A DNA stretch of 64,000 bases from Acidimicrobiia bacterium (GTDB lineage: Bacteria; Actinomycetota; Acidimicrobiia; Spongiisociales; ZC4RG35): assembly GCA_965203555.1 (NCBI GenBank), contig CBDBCY010000004.1:777434-841433 (forward strand). The letters run 5' to 3'. Shown one piece after another: positions 28,645-36,662 of the stretch (position 1 is its first letter; each line of letters opens with the position of its first letter). Under the pieces are notes generated by a model that saw only the letters and a list, made by a program, of their open reading frames with translations, made no database searches and was not told where the DNA came from. Position numbers and translations under genes: made by a program.

Positions 28645-29975
28645 TGCCTACCGAGGACGGCGCCCGACTACATTACCGAGGGCAGGAATTGGGACTACCC
28701 CTGGTGGCGCCGACCGTGGGAGACTGGGGCATTGACATCTCCCGGCTGAGGGCCGACTTGGGACTGATCACCGTGGACCGGGGATTCGGCAACACCTCGC
28801 AGAACCCCAGTTCGGTCAGCTTCGTCAACGGCGAACAGGGAACCTTGAGCTACCGGGGCTACCCGATCGAAGAGTTGGCCGGCCGGGTTGGTTTCTTGGA
28901 GGTGGCCTGGCTGCTCCTGTACGAGGACCTTCCCTCTCCCTCCCAACTCGACCGTTTCGAGGAGGAAATCCGGGACTTCTCCGACGTGGGCGATTACATG
29001 CAGAGCTTCCTGGAGGCCTTCCCGGAAGAGAGCACTCCCATGGCTACCCTGGCCGCCGGGGTGCTCAGCATGGTAGGCCGCCATCCCGAGGCCTCCCAGA
29101 CCAGCAAGCCCGAAATGTGGGAGAGAGCCACCCGCATTCTCCTCGCCGAAATGCCGGTGCTGGCCGCCCTGATAAACCGCCGATGCCTGGGACTGGACCC
29201 CATCGAGATAAGAACCGATCTGCCCTACACCGCTCGGTTCTATCACACCGCAGTGGCTGAGTCGGAGTCATCTCCTGCTCCCGATCCGCAACGCCTTGCC
29301 GTGCTGGAGATGCTGGAGCTTCTCCATAGCGACCACGGACAGAACTGCTCGTCCTCGGCGGTGCAGTTGGTCGGATCGGGCCGGGCCAGCATCTTCGCCT
29401 CGATAGCAGCGGGGATAAACGCCCTGTCGGGTCCTCTCCACGGCGGCGCCAACCAGAGGGTCCTGGGAATGCTGCAGGAGATCCAGATGGAAGGAGGAGA
29501 CGTGAGAAAGGCCCTGGATCGGGCAAAGGACCGTTCCGACCCGTTCCGACTCATGGGCTTTGGTCACCGGGTATACCGAAACTACGACCCGAGAGCAAGA
29601 ATCATCAAAGACGCGGCCGCCGAGGTGCTGGCCGGTCTGGGCACGGACGATCCCCTCCTGCAGTTGGCCCAGGAACTGGAGAATGCGGCATTGGCGGACG
29701 AGTACTTCGTAAAGCGCAAGCTTTATCCCAACGTCGACTTCTACTCCGGTTTTCTGTATCGGGCGCTGGGCTTTCCCACCCAAATGTTCACCGTGCTTTT
29801 TGCAATAGGCCGGTTGCCGGGTTGGCTTTCCCACTGGCGGGAGATGGCTTCCGACCCCAAGAGCCGCATTTTCCGCCCCCGCCAGGTCTATGTGGGCCGA
29901 ACCGAACGGAAACTGGAGGACCGCGGCGCAACGACCCGATCTCAGACGGCGGGCGCCTCCAGTTCCTCTATGTAA
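28644..29975 (+). CDS. gltA: citrate synthase
   Basis: 443 aa. GTLSYRGYPIEEL, HSDHGQNCSS, GPLHGGAN, MGFGHRVYRNYDPR. The start overlaps the EF-G-like stop (TGATG). Confidence 0.95.
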   Translation: MPTEDGARLHYRGQELGLPLVAPTVGDWGIDISRLRADLGLITVDRGFGNTSQNPSSVSFVNGEQGTLSYRGYPIEELAGRVGFLEVAWLLLYEDLPSPSQLDRFEEEIRDFSDVGDYMQSFLEAFPEESTPMATLAAGVLSMVGRHPEASQTSKPEMWERATRILLAEMPVLAALINRRCLGLDPIEIRTDLPYTARFYHTAVAESESSPAPDPQRLAVLEMLELLHSDHGQNCSSSAVQLVGSGRASIFASIAAGINALSGPLHGGANQRVLGMLQEIQMEGGDVRKALDRAKDRSDPFRLMGFGHRVYRNYDPRARIIKDAAAEVLAGLGTDDPLLQLAQELENAALADEYFVKRKLYPNVDFYSGFLYRALGFPTQMFTVLFAIGRLPGWLSHWREMASDPKSRIFRPRQVYVGRTERKLEDRGATTRSQTAGASSSSM

Positions 29976-30433
29976 ACCTCTGAGCACAGTTCACCGTCAG
30001 CCCCGTCAATCTCCACCAGGGCACGGCGCAGGGGCGGGCTTTCCGCAGAGTACAGGATCACCTGCCAGCGGGGCCGAGATCTGATCCCGGTAAAGCTGAC
30101 CGCCACGGAGGCGTGCCCCACCGCAAACGGCACCTCGCCCGCCGCCACTCTCAAAGCCCCGGCCTGATCGAGGGAGAGGGGCCACGACGCCCACCAGTGG
30201 TAGGCGGCCATCCCCGTCAACAGGACGACAGAGATCCACAGGCCCGGGGTGGAAAACGCCAATCCTCCCAAGACGACGGCCGTTCCCAGGTAAACCCACC
30301 CGGCCCAACTACGCCGGCGTGGATCCGGAAAGCGGTACGGCCCCACGGCCGCGGCGTCCAAATCGTCGGGGACCGCCTCGGCCCGGGCCAGGTCGTCCGG
30401 GATCACTATCCCGTCTTGTCCCTTGGCGCTCAT
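29942..30433 (-). CDS. hypothetical membrane protein (two predicted TM helices)
   Basis: 163 aa. WAGWVYLGTAVVLGGLAF / LWISVVLLTGMAAYHWW. Starts 7 nt after the thrS stop. Its 3' end overlaps the citrate synthase 3' end by 34 nt (convergent). Confidence 0.55.
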   Translation of the reverse strand: MSAKGQDGIVIPDDLARAEAVPDDLDAAAVGPYRFPDPRRRSWAGWVYLGTAVVLGGLAFSTPGLWISVVLLTGMAAYHWWASWPLSLDQAGALRVAAGEVPFAVGHASVAVSFTGIRSRPRWQVILYSAESPPLRRALVEIDGADGELCSEVYIEELEAPAV

Positions 30434-30439
30434 CGGAGA

Positions 30440-33331
30440 TCAGTCAAACGATCCGCTGGGAGGAAGAGCTTCCTCGGCCAGTGTCGCGGCGATCTCGACC
30501 AGGGGCACAGCTCTTTTCTCTTGCTTTTCTCCGAAGCGGCGCAGTCCCACGGTGTTGTTACTGACATCCTGATCGCCCACCACCATCACAACCGGGTGTT
30601 TGGCGGTCATTGCTCTCCGTATCTTCTCCCCCAGACGATCCGACGAAGCATCCACCCTGACCCGCAAACCCATTGACTGCAGCTTGTCCGCCACCTGTCG
30701 CGCATAGTCGAGGTGACGGTCGGCCACCGGGTTGACCGTGACTTGGATCGGCGCCAGCCACATGGGGAATGCTCCCGCATAGTGTTCCACCAGCACCCCG
30801 AAGAACCTTTCTATCGATCCCGCCTTGGCGCTGTGAATCATCACCGGTCTTCGAAAGACATTGTCGGCGCCGGCGTATTCGAGACCGAAGTTGTCGGGAA
30901 GGGCAAAGTCAACCTGGATGGTGGACATCTGCCAGCGTCTCCCGATGGCGTCCCTGACGTGAACGTCGATCTTGGGCCCGTAGAACGCTCCCTCGCCCTC
31001 TGCCACCCGGTGGGATACTTCTCCCTTCTGCAGAGACTCCAGGAGGGCCTCCTCGGCTACCTCCCACAACTGGGGATCTCCCACGAATTTGTCTGGTCGG
31101 GTGGAGAGATCCGCCTCGAATTCGGAAAACCCGAAGTCCTGCAACCAGCTGAGAACGAAGAGCAGATGCATGTCCAATTCAGCCGGCAACTGTTGACGGG
31201 TACAGAAGGTGTGGGAGTCGTCCTGGGTGAAACCTCGGGCACGCAACGCACCGTGAATCACTCCCGAACGTTCATAGCGATAAACCCCGCCCAATTCCGA
31301 CAGACGGATCGGCAGGTCCCGGTAGGAGCGACCCCGGCTGCGGTAGATCAGCACATGAAACGGGCAGTTCATGGGCTTTACCAGGTATTCATCACCGCCG
31401 TCCAGAACCATCGGCGGATACATGTTCTCTGAATAGAAGTCAAGGTGACCTGAGGTTTCCCAAAGTTGGCTACGAGCCAAGTGGGGAGAGAAAACAAACT
31501 CAAACCCGAAGCGTTGATGGAGTTGGCGGCTGTGATCTTCCATCAACTTCCTTACCATCCCCCCCTTGGAATGCCATACCATTAGTCCCGCCCCCAACTG
31601 CGGGGGGAAGGAAAACAAGTCCAATGCGGGTCCCAATCTGCGGTGATCCCGTCGCTCGGCTTCTTCCAGACGGTGCAGATACTCCTTCAAGGCGCGGGGG
31701 GACTCCCAAGCCGTTCCATAGATTCTCTGCAATTGCGGTCTGTTCTCATCGCCCCTCCAATAGGCGCCGGAAGACCGAAGCAGTTTTACAGCTTTGAGTC
31801 TTCCAGTGGAAGGTACATGCGGACCGAGACACAAATCAACGAAACCGTCATTTGAGTAAACAGTTACTTCCTCTCCTTCCGCCACTTCAGACGAATCGAC
31901 CGACTCGATGATCTCCAATTTGAAGGGATGTGACCGGAACACTTCCAACGCCTCGGCCCGGCTCATCGATCTGCGTATGAAAGGCTGATCAGCAGCAATC
32001 AACTGATCCATTCTCTCTTCCAGGCGGGACAGGTCTTCGGGCGAGAAAGGCTGATCGATCCCGAAGTCGTAATAGAAGCCGTCTTCAATGGGAGGGCCGA
32101 TCGCAAAGGTGGATCCGGGGAAGAGGTCCAGCACCGCCTGAGCGAGCACATGAGCAGCCGAGTGCCGCATTACGCGCCGACCTTCTTCGGTCCGGTCAGT
32201 GACTATCCGAAGTTTTCCGGACCTTCGAAGAGGTCGACCGAGATCCATCAACTCGCCATCAAGCTCGACAGCCACTGCCGCTCTGGCCAGCCCAGGCCCG
32301 ATCCGGCGGGCCAACTCCTGGCCCGTGATACCAGGTTCGCCCGTCCGGAGACTTCCGTCGGGCAATTCCCACCGAAGCGTCACGTCTCTTTCCTCAACTC
32401 GACGTAAAAGGGTACCCGCTCCCGCCGAACTCGAACGCTCATCCAGAGTCAGCAGATAGGAATGGTCGCTGTGATGATGCCGAAATCCCATGGACCGATA
32501 CATATTCAGGGCAGCCACATTCCCAGCGTCCACATAGAGAACGCAAGCTCGGGCGTGATGGTAGGTATGCATGTGTCTGATGCCCTCCAACAGCAACGCC
32601 TTACCCAGACCCATCCGCTGGTATCCCGGCACCACGCCGATCACATAAATCTCCCCGGCTCGGGGAGAAGGCACCTTGGTCCAACAGAATCCGGCCAGCA
32701 CCTCGCCGTCCCAGGCCATTCTCAAACCCTCCGAGGAGAACCAGGGACGCCTCCGGCGGCGGTCCAGATCATTCAACCTCCAATTCCCGTTCTCCGGGTG
32801 GCCGGAAAAGACCCGGTTGTTCCCCTCCAACCAGGCCTCCTCGTCAATCCCTTCCCGAAAACCCCTCACCTCTATACCAGGAGGAAACCGCGGTAATGCG
32901 ACCAGGGGAAGGGGGGCACGCATGTGATGCAACTCGCGTTCCAGGCCAAAGCCTGCCCGCTCAGCGGCGTCTGCCACCTGTGGAATATAAGCCCACAGGC
33001 GGATCCCCGACCCACCTCGGATCTTCACTTCGCGTCGCACGTTCTCCAAGAGTTCGTTAAGGACCGACTCCATCCGGTAGTCGGGATGCACCGCCGCTTC
33101 CACAGTCCACAATCCCTGGTCTTCCTCAATGAAAGCCAGATACGACACAATTCCGCCGTCACCCTCCGCCACCAGCCCTGCAGTCTCGGCGCCCATGTCG
33201 ACCGGAGGCTCCACCAGATAGAAGTGCTTTCGCTCTCCCAAAGCCGGGTGGAGATCGTGTTCCTCAATGTCGGCAATCAACTGGCGCAGAGCATCAAGAT
33301 CGGTCTGCAGATCTACGCTACGCAGGTTCAA
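30440..33331 (-). CDS. thrS: double-GNAT (mycothiol synthase MshD-like) module fused in frame to threonine--tRNA ligase
   Basis: 963-aa uninterrupted ORF. TTG start with AAAGGAGG 9 nt upstream. Residues 1 to about 300 form two GNAT halves (IYVIGVVPGYQRMGLGKALL, GNVAALNMYRSMGF). From about residue 312 on: TGS domain, editing-domain HSAAHVL, and class II core (HRRLG, FSPHLA, GGVYRYERSG, GSIERF). Confidence 0.93.
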   Translation of the reverse strand: MNLRSVDLQTDLDALRQLIADIEEHDLHPALGERKHFYLVEPPVDMGAETAGLVAEGDGGIVSYLAFIEEDQGLWTVEAAVHPDYRMESVLNELLENVRREVKIRGGSGIRLWAYIPQVADAAERAGFGLERELHHMRAPLPLVALPRFPPGIEVRGFREGIDEEAWLEGNNRVFSGHPENGNWRLNDLDRRRRRPWFSSEGLRMAWDGEVLAGFCWTKVPSPRAGEIYVIGVVPGYQRMGLGKALLLEGIRHMHTYHHARACVLYVDAGNVAALNMYRSMGFRHHHSDHSYLLTLDERSSSAGAGTLLRRVEERDVTLRWELPDGSLRTGEPGITGQELARRIGPGLARAAVAVELDGELMDLGRPLRRSGKLRIVTDRTEEGRRVMRHSAAHVLAQAVLDLFPGSTFAIGPPIEDGFYYDFGIDQPFSPEDLSRLEERMDQLIAADQPFIRRSMSRAEALEVFRSHPFKLEIIESVDSSEVAEGEEVTVYSNDGFVDLCLGPHVPSTGRLKAVKLLRSSGAYWRGDENRPQLQRIYGTAWESPRALKEYLHRLEEAERRDHRRLGPALDLFSFPPQLGAGLMVWHSKGGMVRKLMEDHSRQLHQRFGFEFVFSPHLARSQLWETSGHLDFYSENMYPPMVLDGGDEYLVKPMNCPFHVLIYRSRGRSYRDLPIRLSELGGVYRYERSGVIHGALRARGFTQDDSHTFCTRQQLPAELDMHLLFVLSWLQDFGFSEFEADLSTRPDKFVGDPQLWEVAEEALLESLQKGEVSHRVAEGEGAFYGPKIDVHVRDAIGRRWQMSTIQVDFALPDNFGLEYAGADNVFRRPVMIHSAKAGSIERFFGVLVEHYAGAFPMWLAPIQVTVNPVADRHLDYARQVADKLQSMGLRVRVDASSDRLGEKIRRAMTAKHPVVMVVGDQDVSNNTVGLRRFGEKQEKRAVPLVEIAATLAEEALPPSGSFD

Positions 33332-33433
33332 GAGTCATGACCTCCTTTGAATGGACCAATTGAATGGACCGAGCGCGGATTGAGCAGACCCTCCAATGGC
33401 AAACCCTGAACCATTCCGATCAGCAGGAAAAAG

Positions 33434-33505
33434 TGGGCGCTACTGGGATCGAACCAGTGACCTCTGCCGTGTGAAGGCAGCGCTCTCCCGCTGAGCTAAG
33501 CGCCC
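33434..33505 (-). tRNA. tRNA-Val (anticodon CAC)
   Basis: Reverse complement folds as a cloverleaf: acceptor GGGCGCT/AGCGCCC, D arm GCTC..GAGC, anticodon stem CTGCC/GGCAG with loop TTCACAC, T arm ACTGG-TTCGATC-CCAGT. 72 nt, CCA not encoded. Confidence 0.93.
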
Positions 33506-33540
33506 GCTTAAACAGAGAATGGTACCTTGATTACATTCCC

Positions 33541-33936
33541 TCAGGAACGGGTTCGGGCGATACCACTCTTGCTGAGCACGGCAGCAGCCACACCCATCTC
33601 CCGCCATGCCTTATAGGAAATACCCTTACGAGTGGAGTAAGACTTGGCCGCATTGACAAACTCTGCCTCCAGCGCATTGATATCACCCGGATCTTCCGCG
33701 CGACGTTTCTCAGCGTCGATCCGTTGTTGGATCAAGGCAAGTCTCTGTAACTGATCCGACTCGTTCTCAAGTTTCTCTTGCACTTCTTCCAGTTCCTTTT
33801 GAGGCGACTTCCGACGTCCTCGACGCCCTGCCGAGGAGTGCAGGGCCTCCAAATATGCACGCACAGCCTTCGTCTGGGCTCGGGCTGCGGCTCTCGCTGC
33901 CCGCACCTCTGGAGAAAGATTTCTCCGTTTATCCAT
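33541..33936 (-). CDS. hypothetical basic coiled-coil protein
   Basis: About 131 aa from MDKRRNLSPEVRAARAAARAQTKAVRAYLEAL.... Central charged helix (QKELEEVQEKLENESDQLQRLALIQQRIDAEKRRAE), C-terminal KGISYKAWREMGVAAAVLSKSGI. The DNA is visibly AT-richer. Lies between tRNA genes. Confidence 0.5.
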   Translation of the reverse strand: MDKRRNLSPEVRAARAAARAQTKAVRAYLEALHSSAGRRGRRKSPQKELEEVQEKLENESDQLQRLALIQQRIDAEKRRAEDPGDINALEAEFVNAAKSYSTRKGISYKAWREMGVAAAVLSKSGIARTRS

Positions 33937-34289
33937 CCACTCTCCCCTTTCGTTGCGAAATTGAGAAACAATAGTAGGTGCCTTGACAATCTGCTGCAAA
34001 CCGTTGGATATTGTTTTACAAGAGCAAGTAATAACCTGTGATCCACTATCTAGAGAATCTCGGCGGAGTTCTTCTTCCTTTTATGGATAAGTTTCAGAAA
34101 CCATCTAAGGTTTCCCAACCCTCGCCTTCGGAAAGCGGCAACCAAGTAACTTAGTGCGACACCAATACTCCAGTCGACACAAAGGCTGGTCCCAAGAATG
34201 CGGTGGTGCCGAGCGATGCCCGCTAGGACTTGACCTAACGAGGCCGGCGCGTCACCCGGTTCGTGGCATTACCGGGCGACAAGAAAGAG

Positions 34290-34361
34290 TGGGCCCTAGT
34301 GGAATTGAACCACTGACCTCTTCCGTGTCAAGGAAGCGCTCTTCCTCTGAGCTAAGGGCCC
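34290..34361 (-). tRNA. tRNA-Val (anticodon GAC)
   Basis: Reverse complement: acceptor GGGCCCT/AGGGCCC, anticodon stem CTTCC/GGAAG with loop TTGACAC, T arm AGTGG-TTCAATT-CCACT. 72 nt. Confidence 0.93.
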
Positions 34362-34382
34362 CATCGAAAACACCCTTTGCGG

Positions 34383-34454
34383 AGGCGACGTCCGGAATCG
34401 AACCGGAGTAACGGGTTTTGCAGACCCGTGCCTAATCCACTCGGCCACGTCGCC
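34383..34454 (-). tRNA. tRNA-Cys (anticodon GCA)
   Basis: Reverse complement: acceptor GGCGACG/CGTCGCC, D stem GCCG..AGGC (G13-A22 as in tRNA-Cys), anticodon stem CGGGT/ACCCG with loop CTGCAAA, T arm TCCGG-TTCGATT-CCGGA. 72 nt. Confidence 0.9.
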
Positions 34455-34487
34455 GCGCTCTTCCACATCAGCGGAAAAACCTGGAAG

Positions 34488-34560
34488 AGCGGAAGACGGG
34501 GCTTGAACCCGCGACCTCAACCTTGGCAAGGTTGCGCTCTACCAGCTGAGCTACTTCCGC
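34488..34560 (-). tRNA. tRNA-Gly (anticodon GCC)
   Basis: Reverse complement: acceptor GCGGAAG/CTTCCGC, anticodon stem CAACC/GGTTG with loop TTGCCAA, T arm GCGGG-TTCAAGC-CCCGT. 73 nt. Confidence 0.93.
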
Positions 34561-34585
34561 GGCTTGCGACCATTATAACTCGCTT

Positions 34586-35023
34586 TTACCATCCGGTGGA
34601 CCCGAATCCAGCTTCGCCGCGTTCGGATTCGCTCAAGCGGTCGACAGCAACCAGGCGGATCGCCGGCACAGCCACCACCATTAACTGGGCGATACGGTCG
34701 CCTCGGGCAAACCTCACGGTCTCCTGCGACAGATTGACCAGAATCACGGACACTTCCCCCCGGTATCCAGAATCTATCAATCCCGGACTGTTCACAACCC
34801 CGATACCAAGCCGGTCAGCCAAACCGCTGCGAGGCAGCACCAATCCCGCATATCCGTCGGGAATGGCCAGGGCCAAACCAGTCGGCAGCTTTTTGCGTTG
34901 CCCGGGCGCCAATTCCACGTCAACAGCGGTGGGAAGATCAAAAGCTGCATCACCCTTATAGGCAATGGTGGGCAAAAAGGCTTCACCTTCTATTTTTAGG
35001 ACGCTAATATTGAGGTTCTGCAT
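34586..35023 (-). CDS. dut: dUTP diphosphatase
   Basis: From MQNLNISVLK...: AYKGDAAFDL, VLPRSGLA, GLIDSGYRGEV, GDRIAQL, GFGSTG motifs. The ORF is open to 35050. Confidence 0.92.
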   Translation of the reverse strand: MQNLNISVLKIEGEAFLPTIAYKGDAAFDLPTAVDVELAPGQRKKLPTGLALAIPDGYAGLVLPRSGLADRLGIGVVNSPGLIDSGYRGEVSVILVNLSQETVRFARGDRIAQLMVVAVPAIRLVAVDRLSESERGEAGFGSTGW

Positions 35024-35055
35024 AGTGGATGTCGGGCGGACACCACCCAAAGTAG

Positions 35056-36294
35056 GTGCTGTTGCCCAACCTTGATTTTAGAGTCCAGCGGAGCAAGCCG
35101 CGGGGCAAGCATCTCATGCCCAGCAAGCAGCGACGGCCCCTCCCCCGCGTTCGGGAGCACAGCCGCAAGGCGAGTCACGGCCGTCACGCCACCCTTCTGA
35201 GTCCCGACCGCTCAGGACACACCGACCGTCAATCCGTCGATGACACACCCGACCCTAACCGTCTCACCGTCAATGACGTCACCACCCCCGTGGGTCCCAA
35301 GGCGCCTCGTTCCTCCGGAGTAAACGGGAATGACACCTCCGCCAACGGAACGGCCGGCCATCCTCTCACTGCCGCCCCTGACGTGGTTGTTCCCACCGCC
35401 AACGGCAGATACAAGGCAACCGAAGAAACCATCCATCACATGTGGCAGATATCGGAGTCCGCCTCCCCTCACCCCCGTCTACAGCCAAGCCCATTTCATT
35501 CGCTACGGCAGATAACCGCCCACCGGACACGTTCCGGCTTGTGGGCCACCCTGGGGTTGGTGGCTCTGGCGGCGGCAATCACCGTCGCTCTTGTGATGTC
35601 TGTAGGAGGTCCGGGACAGGACAACCCCGACGTACGCGCTGCGGTTGGGGACGCCGCCGCCGTAGCCGCCGGATCCGTGGAAGATAGCCTTGCAACTCTC
35701 GAATCCCTTCGAGCCGGAGATTCATTCACGCCAGATCTGGTTTCCTCCATCTCCGCCCTGGGAGATGCTTCCCGCAATCTGGTGGAGTCGGCTGCGGCCC
35801 TCCCCACCGATGATTCCTCTTTGGCCGAGACTCGCATGTTGGCCACCGCCCTTGCCGGTCGCGCCTCACGTCTGGGTGAAACCTTTGGAGCGGCTTTCTC
35901 GTATCGAGGGCAATTGGGACCGAATCTGACTTTCCCCGATTTGAACGCTCCACTGGAGATCTCCAACCTCTCCGAGAACACCACGCTCTTGACAGACTGG
36001 CAATTCCGCCTTGAACAGGCGGCCTCCTCTCAGCCCGGCCAACCGCGGCTCTTACAAAACCAGCAGGCCCTCGAAGCAACATTGCCATACATAGCGGTGC
36101 ATCGCCAGGCCTACTCCGACGCGGTGGGCAACGGTCAGTTGGAACAGGCCCAAGCAGCCCTGTTACAAATAGCCTCCCTGGTGTCGGCCATCGAACAGGA
36201 CTTCGACCGGGCTTACCTTGAGATCGCCGAGATCGCCGAAGCAGAAATAGCCTCCTTGACCGCCGACCTTCAGAATCTGATGACAGGGATGTGA
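35056..36294 (+). CDS. hypothetical single-pass membrane protein with alanine/leucine-rich helical ectodomain
   Basis: 412-aa ORF. TM segment LWATLGLVALAAAITVALVMSV at about residue 170, and a helical C-terminal half. The N-terminal third is basic and low-complexity, so the true start is unclear. Confidence 0.45.
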   Translation: MLLPNLDFRVQRSKPRGKHLMPSKQRRPLPRVREHSRKASHGRHATLLSPDRSGHTDRQSVDDTPDPNRLTVNDVTTPVGPKAPRSSGVNGNDTSANGTAGHPLTAAPDVVVPTANGRYKATEETIHHMWQISESASPHPRLQPSPFHSLRQITAHRTRSGLWATLGLVALAAAITVALVMSVGGPGQDNPDVRAAVGDAAAVAAGSVEDSLATLESLRAGDSFTPDLVSSISALGDASRNLVESAAALPTDDSSLAETRMLATALAGRASRLGETFGAAFSYRGQLGPNLTFPDLNAPLEISNLSENTTLLTDWQFRLEQAASSQPGQPRLLQNQQALEATLPYIAVHRQAYSDAVGNGQLEQAQAALLQIASLVSAIEQDFDRAYLEIAEIAEAEIASLTADLQNLMTGM

Positions 36295-36575
36295 AGTACC
36301 TGACCGGGTTTCAGGACCTTTGATTGCAACCCGTTCAGCTTTACAAATTCCCTGACCACGACCCGAAGGTCAGCGCTCTCGGGCGCAAACCGGTCAGCGA
36401 TTTCCCACAGTGTTTCACCGGGTTGAACCACCACCGATTGTATGTCACGCCTCCCCGGCGCGCTCACCGCCTCCTCCTGGAACAGAAGAAGGACTGCGCC
36501 GACGACCAACACCAAAAGGAACCCCAAAAGGAGGGCTCTTAGACCTCTCCGAGAATCTGAGTGAATCGAACGCAT
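36270..36575 (-). CDS. LysM-domain membrane protein (ChiZ/Rv2719c-like position, divergent from lexA)
   Basis: From MRSIHSDSRRG: TM LLLGFLLVLVVGAVLLLF, then LysM (VVVQPGETLWEIADRF...LKPGQVLHIP). Its start region carries a LexA box. Confidence 0.78.
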   Translation of the reverse strand: MRSIHSDSRRGLRALLLGFLLVLVVGAVLLLFQEEAVSAPGRRDIQSVVVQPGETLWEIADRFAPESADLRVVVREFVKLNGLQSKVLKPGQVLHIPVIRF

Positions 36576-36581
36576 GTTCGT
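36566..36581. promoter_or_regulatory. LexA (SOS) box 1
   Basis: TCGAAC-GCAT-GTTCGT matches the actinobacterial consensus TCGAAC-N4-GTTCGA at 11/12 positions. Overlaps the LysM gene start codon. Confidence 0.75.
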
Positions 36582-36588
36582 TATGGTA

Positions 36589-36604
36589 CAGAACATTTGT
36601 TCGA
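36589..36604. promoter_or_regulatory. LexA (SOS) box 2
   Basis: CAGAAC-ATTT-GTTCGA, 10/12 to consensus. Confidence 0.7.
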
Positions 36605-36612
36605 TTACCAAA

Positions 36613-36628
36613 TCGAACAAATGTTTGG
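36613..36628. promoter_or_regulatory. LexA (SOS) box 3
   Basis: TCGAAC-AAAT-GTTTGG, 10/12 to consensus, 35 nt upstream of the lexA ATG. Confidence 0.6.
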
Positions 36629-36662
36629 ATTACCGATCGGTTGAGAGTAGGGTGGTCCAATC

